Source of the DNA: an uncultured Acidobacteriota bacterium
GTDB lineage: Bacteria; Acidobacteriota; Vicinamibacteria; Vicinamibacterales; 2-12-FULL-66-21
DNA: 64,000 nucleotides
Reading direction: 5' to 3'
Assembly: GCA_963844245.1 (NCBI GenBank)
Contig: CAWJNJ010000005.1
Location: 331,889 to 395,888, forward strand
Shown: one piece after another, positions 54,707 to 64,000 of the stretch
Numbering within the stretch: the first letter of the stretch is position 1
How the letters are laid out: every line of letters begins with the position of its first letter
The notes under the pieces: model-generated
What the model was told of the DNA's origin: nothing
The model's database searches: none
Seen by the model: only the letters and a program-made list of their open reading frames with translations
Translations under genes and position numbers: made by a program

Positions 54707-55644
54707 GCACCCTGCGGGACGTTCCGCTCGTGACCGGCGCCGGCGGGTTCGCCGGCAGTCACCTGCTCGAACGTCTGCTCCTGTCGCACGAGCGGGTTGC
54801 AGGATGGGCCCGTAGCGGGAGCCGTTCGTTCGACGCGCCGAACCGTGTTCACTGGCAGCATGTCGATATCCTGGACCGCGGCGCAGTGCGCAGCGCGATC
54901 CGTGCGCTTCAGCCGTCGGTCGTCTTTCATTGCGCCGGTCTGCCCCACGTCGCCGAATCCTGGGCGAACGCGGGGCGGGCGTTACAGGTGAACGCCCTCG
55001 GCACTCACCACCTGCTCGACGCCGTCCGTGAATGCTCCCCGCACTCGCGCGTCATCGTGGCTGGATCCGCTCTCGTCTACCGGCAGTCGGAGCAGGCGTT
55101 GCGCGAGGACTCCGCCGTTGGACCGAACGATCCGTACGGCCTGAGCAAGCTGGCCCAGGAGATGGTCGCGGTGCGGGCGGAGACGGCGGTCGTGTCGACG
55201 CGTCCGTTCAACCATATCGGGCCGCGGCAGCAACCGTCGTTCGCGACGTCGAGTTTCGCGAAGCAGATCGCTGAGATCGAGGCTGGGCGGCGCGAGCCCG
55301 TGATGCTCGTCGGCAACCTCGATTCACGCCGCGACTTGACCGACGTGCGTGACACGGTGCGGGCGTATGAAGCGCTGGCCCTGCGCGGTACGCCGGGGCG
55401 GCTCTACAACATCTGCAGCGGCACCGCGCACAGGGTGGGTGATGTGCTCGACCGCCTGATCGCGCTCGCGCGCGTGCGGGTTACCGTCCAGCAGGACCCG
55501 GCTCGGATGCGGCCCAGTGACAATCCGCTCGTCCTCGGCGATCCAACCCGCATCTCCGCCGACACCGGCTGGAGGCCGGAGATCCCGATCGACACGACGC
55601 TCGACGACCTGCTCGCCTGGTGGCGAACCCAAGTGGCGTCCTGA
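54703..55644 (+). CDS. NAD-dependent sugar-nucleotide epimerase/reductase (extended SDR, GDP-6-deoxy-mannose reductase-like)
   Basis: GTG start overlapping the rfbB stop. VTGAGGFAGSHL, YGLSKL (YxxxK). Confidence 0.75.
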   Translation: MSTLRDVPLVTGAGGFAGSHLLERLLLSHERVAGWARSGSRSFDAPNRVHWQHVDILDRGAVRSAIRALQPSVVFHCAGLPHVAESWANAGRALQVNALGTHHLLDAVRECSPHSRVIVAGSALVYRQSEQALREDSAVGPNDPYGLSKLAQEMVAVRAETAVVSTRPFNHIGPRQQPSFATSSFAKQIAEIEAGRREPVMLVGNLDSRRDLTDVRDTVRAYEALALRGTPGRLYNICSGTAHRVGDVLDRLIALARVRVTVQQDPARMRPSDNPLVLGDPTRISADTGWRPEIPIDTTLDDLLAWWRTQVAS

Positions 55645-56993
55645 TGAAGGCGGACCAGGCCTTCTCGGAAGACACGCGACAATCCGTCCACATTGCGATG
55701 GGCGCGTTCGCGTTCGCGCTGCCGTACATCCCCTGGTGGTTCGCGGTACTGCTGGCAGCTGCGGCGGTCGCGTTCAACGTGTTCGCGCTGCAGAAGCTCA
55801 CCGGGCTGCAACTGTTCCGCCCGGGCGAGCGCCTCCGTCGGCTGACGTCCGGATTTGTGTTGTATCCGCTCGTGGTGCTCGGGCTGCTGTTCACCGTCGG
55901 CAGCCGCCTCGACATCGTGGCCGCGGCCTGGGGCATCCTCGCGGCCGGTGACGGCATGGCCACGATCATCGGTCGCCGCTACCCGATCAAGCCGATCTCA
56001 TGGAACAGCAGGAAGTCGCTCGGCGGCAGCCTGGCGCTGGCGGTGTTTGGCGCCACCGCCGGCGTCTTGCTCGCCTGGTGGTGCCGGGCCACGGTGATGC
56101 CGCCGGCGTACACCTGGTTCTTCTTCGTGGCCCCGATCCTTGCCGCAATCGCCGCCGCCGCGGTGGAGACGATCCCGATCTCGCTCGACGACAACATCTC
56201 GGTGACGGCCACCGCGGCAGCGGTAATGTGGGCGATCTCGCTCGTCAGCGCGGACCTTCTCGACGCCGCGGGGCATACGCTGCTGTGGTACGTGCCGCTG
56301 GCCTTGTCGGTCAACGCCGTGGTTGCGGCCGCCGGGTATCGCGCTCGGACGGTGACGGTGTCGGGCGCCGTCTGTGGCGCCCTCCTCGGGACGATCGTGC
56401 TGGTGTGTGCCGGCTGGCAGGGATGGGTCCTTCTGCTGCTGACGTTCGCCGCGGCGGTGATCACCTCGCGCCTCGGCCTGGATCGCAAGCAGCGGCTCGG
56501 AATCGCGGAGGAACGTGGCGGACGGCGGGGTGCAGGGAACGCCTTCGCCAATACCGGCATCGCCGCGATCGCTGCGTTGATGGCCGTCCTGACCTACGCT
56601 CACGATCCGGCGCTGCTGGGCTTCACCGCCGCGCTCGTGGCCGGCGCGAGTGATACCGTCGCGAGCGAGATCGGCAAGGCCTGGGGCCGCCGAACGTTCC
56701 TGCTGACGACACTGCGGGCCGTACCTCCTGGAACCTCGGGCGCAATGTCGATCGAGGGCACGCTTGCCGGGGTCGGGAGTGCCGCCGTCCTGGCATTCAT
56801 CGCCTTGGCGCTGAACCTGGTCACCCTGCCGCAAGTCGGTGTCGTCGTCGGGGCCGCCACGGCCGGTGCGCTGGTCGAGAGTGTCCTCGGTGCGACGCTC
56901 GAGCATCGCGGAGTGGTCAACAATGACGTCCTGAACTTTGTGAATACCGGCGTGGCCGCGGTCGTGGCGATAAAGTTGGCACAGAGTCTATGA
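55644..56993 (+). CDS. fusion membrane protein: polyprenol (phytol/dolichol)-kinase-like CTP-transferase domain plus DUF92 (VTE6/TMEM19-like) domain
   Basis: ATG overlaps the upstream stop (TGATG). The N-terminal half has GDGMATIIGRRYPIKPISWNSRKSLGGSLALAVFG (PF01148-type kinase motif). The C-terminal half has RGGRRGAGNAFANTG and ASDTVASEIGK...PPGTSGAMSIEGTLAG (DUF92 signature). Confidence 0.7.
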   Translation: MKADQAFSEDTRQSVHIAMGAFAFALPYIPWWFAVLLAAAAVAFNVFALQKLTGLQLFRPGERLRRLTSGFVLYPLVVLGLLFTVGSRLDIVAAAWGILAAGDGMATIIGRRYPIKPISWNSRKSLGGSLALAVFGATAGVLLAWWCRATVMPPAYTWFFFVAPILAAIAAAAVETIPISLDDNISVTATAAAVMWAISLVSADLLDAAGHTLLWYVPLALSVNAVVAAAGYRARTVTVSGAVCGALLGTIVLVCAGWQGWVLLLLTFAAAVITSRLGLDRKQRLGIAEERGGRRGAGNAFANTGIAAIAALMAVLTYAHDPALLGFTAALVAGASDTVASEIGKAWGRRTFLLTTLRAVPPGTSGAMSIEGTLAGVGSAAVLAFIALALNLVTLPQVGVVVGAATAGALVESVLGATLEHRGVVNNDVLNFVNTGVAAVVAIKLAQSL

Positions 56994-57907
56994 CGAGCGA
57001 CTCACGCCCACGGCTATGGCTCGAGCTGTCGCGTCCGTTCACACTGGTGGCGCCGGCGTTCGGCGTCGTCTCGGGCGCCATCACCGCCGCCGGCGCCCAG
57101 CCAGCCGACCGCTGGACGTCGAGCCTGCTGACCTACACCGCCATCGGCGCCCTGATGGCGATGGTGCTCAACGCCGCCAGCAACGCACTCAACCAGATTT
57201 ATGACCTCGAGATCGATCGCATCAACAAACCGCAGCGGCCGCTCACGAGCGGACGCCTGTCGGTCCGCGAGGCGTGGATCTTCACCTGGATTGCCTACGC
57301 GGTTGCGCTGACGCTCGCCTGGTTCGTGGCGCCGGGCGGACGTCACGAATGTTTCTGGATCGTGCTGGTCGCCGCCGTCCTGACGTTCGTCTACTCGTGT
57401 CCGCCACTGCGGACGAAGCAGCGCGGACTCTGGGCGAACATCACCATCGCGGTTCCGCGAGGTGTCCTCCTCAAGGTCGCCGGCTGGTCCTGCATCAAGA
57501 CGATCTGGGGCGTCGAACCCTGGTTCATCGGCGCCATCTTCGGACTCTTTCTGCTCGGGGCCTCGACCACCAAGGATTTCGCGGACATGGAGGGTGACGA
57601 GCGGGGCGGCTGCCGAACGCTGCCGATTCTTTACGGCGTCCACCGTGCGGCGTGGATGATCTCGCCGTCGTTTGTCTTGCCGTTTCTGCTGATTTCATAC
57701 GGCGCCTTCGCCGGCATCCTCACCGGCAACTTCTGGCTCCTCCAGGCGCTGGCGGCGTTCATGACGCTGTATGGCTCGTACGTCTGCTACTTGATGCTGA
57801 GAAGGCCGGAGGATCTGGCCATCGATGCAAACCACGTCTCGTGGGCACACATGTATCGCATGATGTTTGTCGCCCAGGCCGGTTTCGCCCTGTCCTACAT
57901 GTTCTAG
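56990..57907 (+). CDS. UbiA-superfamily prenyltransferase (ChlG / DGGGPS / homogentisate-prenyltransferase-like branch)
   Basis: ATGA overlap with the upstream gene. NALNQIYDLEIDRINKPQRPLTSG (first Asp-rich motif) and KDFADMEGDERGGCRTLPILYG (second). About 8-9 TM segments. Confidence 0.8.
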   Translation: MTSDSRPRLWLELSRPFTLVAPAFGVVSGAITAAGAQPADRWTSSLLTYTAIGALMAMVLNAASNALNQIYDLEIDRINKPQRPLTSGRLSVREAWIFTWIAYAVALTLAWFVAPGGRHECFWIVLVAAVLTFVYSCPPLRTKQRGLWANITIAVPRGVLLKVAGWSCIKTIWGVEPWFIGAIFGLFLLGASTTKDFADMEGDERGGCRTLPILYGVHRAAWMISPSFVLPFLLISYGAFAGILTGNFWLLQALAAFMTLYGSYVCYLMLRRPEDLAIDANHVSWAHMYRMMFVAQAGFALSYMF

Positions 57908-57956
57908 AACTCCGCCCTTGACAGCGCCATGCCGCATGGCGAAACTAAGGCGAAAG

Positions 57957-58985
57957 ATGGCTGAACAGCCTGCGTTTTTCGACCTCCAGCAGAAACCCAC
58001 TACCCGAACCATCGCCCTCCGGATCCGGACTGCGGGAGCCGCCGTCGCGATCGACGAAGCGCAGCGACGAGCGGATGCCGCCAGTTACCAGGAAATCACC
58101 TGCCGGTCGGCGCTCAACGCGGTCAAGGGCACGCCGTTCAATTGGACGCTGAACCCGTATCGCGGCTGCACCCATGCCTGTCACTACTGCTTCGCGCGCC
58201 GGTATCAGACCCAGTTCGAACTCGGACCGGACGATCATTTCTCGTCGTTCATTTTTGTGAAGGTGAATCTCGTCGAGGTCCTGAAGCGCGAACTCGACAA
58301 GCCGTCGTGGGCGCGCGAGCTGGTCGCGATCGGGACCGCGACGGATCCCTATCAACCGATCGAGGGCCACTACAAGCTGACGCGGAGGTCGCTCGAGGCA
58401 TTTGCGGCGGTTCGTAATCCGATCGGGCTGGTGACCAAGGGACCGATGGTCGTCCGCGATGCCGACGTCCTGGCTGAGATTGGACGACTGGCAGACGCCA
58501 CGGTGTGCATGAGCGTTCCGACGGTGGACGAGGACACGTGGCGCGCGCTGGAGCCCGGCACCGCCCACCCGCTGCAACGGCTCCGCGCGGTCCGCATACT
58601 TCGTGACGCCGGTGTCAATGCCGGCGTCCTGATGTCACCGGTGGTACCAGGCTTCACGACCGATCCCGCCAAGGTCGAAGCCACGATCAAGGCGGTGGCC
58701 GACCACGGCGCCGCCTTCATGGGCGCGAACGTGATGTTTCTGAAAGGCGGCACCAGGGATCACTTCATGGGGTTCCTCGCCAAGGAGTTCCCGCACCTGG
58801 TGGACGGCTACAACCGTTTGTACGCGGGCGCGTACGCCAAGCCAGATTACGTAACACAGGTGCGCGCGATGATCGGTGTGCTGCAGGAGCGCTACGACCT
58901 CGGTCACCGCAACCGTAGCGTCGAGGCGGCGCCGGCACAACCCGACGTCGCCGAGCCGGAGCAGTCCGGACTGAATTGGGAGTAG
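57957..58985 (+). CDS. radical SAM protein, SplB/COG1533-like ('DNA repair photolyase' family)
   Basis: YRGCTHACHYCFAR (CxxxCxxC). Overall similarity to the Rv2578c-type family, from memory. Start could be 57936 or 57957. Confidence 0.7.
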   Translation: MAEQPAFFDLQQKPTTRTIALRIRTAGAAVAIDEAQRRADAASYQEITCRSALNAVKGTPFNWTLNPYRGCTHACHYCFARRYQTQFELGPDDHFSSFIFVKVNLVEVLKRELDKPSWARELVAIGTATDPYQPIEGHYKLTRRSLEAFAAVRNPIGLVTKGPMVVRDADVLAEIGRLADATVCMSVPTVDEDTWRALEPGTAHPLQRLRAVRILRDAGVNAGVLMSPVVPGFTTDPAKVEATIKAVADHGAAFMGANVMFLKGGTRDHFMGFLAKEFPHLVDGYNRLYAGAYAKPDYVTQVRAMIGVLQERYDLGHRNRSVEAAPAQPDVAEPEQSGLNWE

Positions 58986-59090
58986 GCCCGCTTTCAGCGC
59001 CTGCGGCCCGCGCGAGGCGGCGGAGCGAAGTGCCGCGAAGCGGCACCGCCGAGCGCGCGCTCGCGGGGGTGGGGCCCCGCGAGCACTAAT
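58986..59090. repeat. GC-rich REP-like element, copy 2 (inverted orientation), between convergent genes
   Basis: Hairpins GTGCCGC-GAA-GCGGCAC and a 10-bp stem GCTCGCGGGG-GTGGGG-CCCCGCGAGC. Confidence 0.5.
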
Positions 59091-59101
59091 TGAAGCTGTA
59101 A

Positions 59102-61390
<2,289 letters not shown>

Positions 61391-61575
61391 GGTCTGCCTC
61401 CAGGAAAGAATCCTGCCCGTCAACAGAGCAAGGAGCGGGCCATGGCAGGCCCACTGCTCCCTGCCGTTAACTGATTGCAGTGGAAGGAGAAACGACGTGT
61501 GGGGAATGCGATGCCAACTCCGCGCCCACACGATTTGGAGGACGCGCACGACCTATCGTTGGCGCCGGATTGCTA

Positions 61576-62404
61576 CTAGATGGTTCCGAGCAGGGCGCGG
61601 ATGCGCGCCTCGGTCGGGGGGTGCGAGCTGAAAAGGGCCGAAATGCCGCCGCCGGTAAAGGGCTTGATGATGAACATGTGGGCCGTCGCCGGGTTGGCGT
61701 CGAGCGGAACCCGCTTGGCGACCGCCTCGATCTTGCGCAGCGCATTGGCGAGACCGTAAGGATTACCGGCGATTTCCGCCCCGGTCGCGTCGGCCGCGAA
61801 CTCGCGCGAGCGCGAGATCGCCATCTGCACGAACAGGGCGGCGATCGGGGCAAGGATCATCATCGCCAGCATGACGATCGGGTTGGATCCCGCCGTCACG
61901 ATCGTCACGGCTGCCGCCCATGAACATCGCCATCCGCGCAAACATCATGATCGCGGCCGCGATGGTCGCGGCGACCGAGCTGATCAGGATGTCGCGATTC
62001 TTGACGTGCGCCAGTTCGTGCGCCATCACCCCGTCGAGCTCGTCGGGGCTGAGCACCTGGATGATCCCCTCGGTCGCCGCGACGGCGGCGTGCGATGGAT
62101 TGCGTCCGGTCGCGAAGGCGTTCGGCGAGGAGTCGGGAATGACGTAGACCTTGGGCATCGGGAGGCCGCCGCGCTGGGCGAGCCGCGCCACGCTCTGGTA
62201 GAGCGGATGTTCGGCGCCGACTTGCTTGGCCTGATACATCCGCAGGACGATCTTGTCCGAGAACCAATACGAACCAAAGTTCATGATCACGGCGAAGGCA
62301 AACGCGAACATCAGACCCTGGGAGCCCCCGGCCAGTTCGCCGATGACCAGCAGGATGCCGCTGAGGGCGCCGAGGAGGACGACCGTCTTTATGCCGTTTG
62401 CCAT
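61576..62404 (-). CDS. htpX: zinc metalloprotease HtpX, frame broken by one extra nucleotide near 61885-61888
   Basis: HELAHV zinc motif in ORF 61763..62404. The C-terminal part ([33 protein letters not shown]...[10 protein letters not shown]) is in ORF 61576..61941. Confidence 0.85.
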
Positions 62405-62413
62405 GCCTCTATT

Positions 62414-63563
62414 TTACTCCGCCGACGTGTTGATGCGCTGAAGGAGCGCGGCCAGGAAGGCCGCCCGCCAGGGCAGGTCCACGAGCCGCACGTGCTCGTG
62501 CAGCGCGTGGGCACCGTCGCCTTGCGGCCCCAGCCCGTCCAGCGTGGCGACACCAAGAGCGGCGGTAAAGTTTCCATCCGACCCGCCGCCGGTCGCGCCT
62601 TCGGCGAGCTCGCGGCCCAGTGTTCTGGCCACGCCTTGCGCCTGTTGATAAAGACGCGCGACGGCGGCCGTACGTTCCAGCGGCGGCCGTTCGAAACCGC
62701 CCTTGACCTCGAGTCTCACCCTGGGATCGACGACCTGGAGATCACGAAACTGCTGCTCGACCCGGTCGGCGTCCTCTCGTGTCGGAGCCCGGACGTCGAT
62801 CACAGCCTGCGCGGCTTCGGCGACGACATTCGGACGGGTGCCGCCACTGATGACGCCGGCGTTGACGCTGACGCCACGGTCGGGATCACTCAGCTTCTCG
62901 ACCGCGAGGATCAGCCGGGCGAGTTCGTGCACGGCGCTCGCGCCCTGGCGCGGATCGATCCCCGCATGCGCGGAGACGCCGCGCACGGTCAGCGTGAACT
63001 CGCCACACCCCTTCCGCTGTGTCTTGCAGGCACCGCCGGGGAGCGAGGGCTCCATGACCAGCACCGCATCGCTCGCCTGCGCCTCGCGTCTCGATCAACG
63101 CGCGCGAGGTGCCGCTCCCCACTTCTTCGTCGGTCGTCCAGAGCATCACGACTCTCGGACGTGGCAGCTGCTGCGCCTCGACCGCACGCACCGCGAGCAG
63201 TGCGATCGCGATGGACGCCTTCATGTCGTAGATGCCCGGGCCGTAGAGACGGCCGTCGTGTTCGCGAACCGGCATCCGCTCCAATTGTCCGACCGGCCAC
63301 ACGGTATCGAAGTGGCCAAGGATCAGCACGCGGCGGGGGCCGCCCGCGAACTCCGCCCTGATGTGATCGCCGCGGCTCACCTGTGCAAGCCGGTCCACCC
63401 GGGCACCGGCCGCCTCGAGCATCCCAACAAGGAGGTCGCCGCAGCGGTCCACTGCCGCCTTGTCATCGCTTGGTGATTCCAGCCGGACCAGCGCCTCGAC
63501 GTCCCGCCGAAGGGCGCTCGACTCAGACTCGCAATAGGCGATCAATTCCCTCATCGAGCGCAC
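62414..63563 (-). CDS. M20-family metallopeptidase (glutamate carboxypeptidase/CPG2-like), frame broken once near 63084-63087
   Basis: LGHFDTVWP, GPGIYDMKA and TTDEEVGS in ORF 62886..63563. MEPS..., RKGCGEFTLTVRGVSAHAG, GGTRPNVV and GGGSDGN in ORF 62414..63064. Confidence 0.8.
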
Positions 63564-63618
63564 ACTCCCCGGGCTCTTCGCGTGCCCCTTCTGCTACTGG
63601 CGTCCCTATAATAGGAGT

Positions 63619-64000
63619 ATGCGCAACATGCTCCCGCTCGCGCTCCTGATCGCCTCGCTGGTGACGGCCGTGGCCGCGCAGGTCCCGCAGCCGTTTCCCA
63701 AACCCGGTGCGCCGGCTCCACCGGTCGCGACGCCGAGCGCGCCGACCGCAGGCGGGGGCGCCGAAAGTGATCGAGCCCGCCGAGGGATCGCTCGGGGTTG
63801 CGATCTATCCGTCAGCCCAGTTCATTGCTTCGTACGATGCCGGGATGGGGCAGCGCTACTACCTGTACGGGACGACCGCGCCTTTCGCCGACATCGTTCA
63901 GGTACTACCGGAACACATTGAAACAGCGTGGTGAGCTCGTCTACGAACAGCCCGCCCTGCACCAGTTCGACATCGGGCGCTTCCGCGAGGAATCCATGGC
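63619..64000 (+). CDS. secreted protein of unknown function, 3' end outside window, frame broken twice (about 63755 and 63902)
   Basis: Signal peptide MRNMLPLALLIASLVTAVAAQ, then a Pro-rich linker. Continues in frame +1 (PKVIEPAEGSLGVAIYPSAQFIASYDAG...) and again +1 (YYRNTLKQRGELVYEQPALHQFDIGRF). Confidence 0.5.

Overview
High-GC (roughly two-thirds G+C by eye) bacterial chromosomal segment. It is densely packed with about 59 protein genes on both strands, nearly all housekeeping or cell-envelope functions. Main blocks: prfA-prmC, ileS-lspA-lgt-rluD, lon, rel/spoT, tonB-exbB-exbD-exbD, two tandem membrane pyrophosphatases, uppP, tgt-yajC-secD-secF, ddl, accD-folC, lptD, rfbB, a Clp AAA+ ATPase and htpX. 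The gene content (paired M16 peptidases, HAF-repeat and TolB/PKD secreted proteins, TPR lipoproteins) suggests an Acidobacteriota-like Gram-negative, but this is inference only. I saw no rRNA, tRNA, CRISPR array, transposase, integrase or recognisable defence system. Points worth a second look: (1) two tandem, paralogous micro-ORFs (18 and 20 aa, MAKKTAKK..GGKKR), absent from the ORF track, each with its own SD and intrinsic terminator; they differ only by synonymous changes and one in-frame indel. (2) A translationally coupled pair: a fused polyprenol-kinase-like/DUF92 (VTE5-like + VTE6-like) membrane protein plus a ChlG/DGGGPS/HPT-branch UbiA prenyltransferase. (3) Tandem membrane pyrophosphatases with opposite K+-dependence signatures, the second highly divergent. 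(4) At least four families of short intergenic palindromic 'word' repeats at gene 3' ends. (5) About two dozen reading-frame disruptions, many in essential genes. Most are fixed by deleting one nucleotide, and four share the octamer RAGTAC+C. The most likely cause is systematic consensus or assembly error, not biology.
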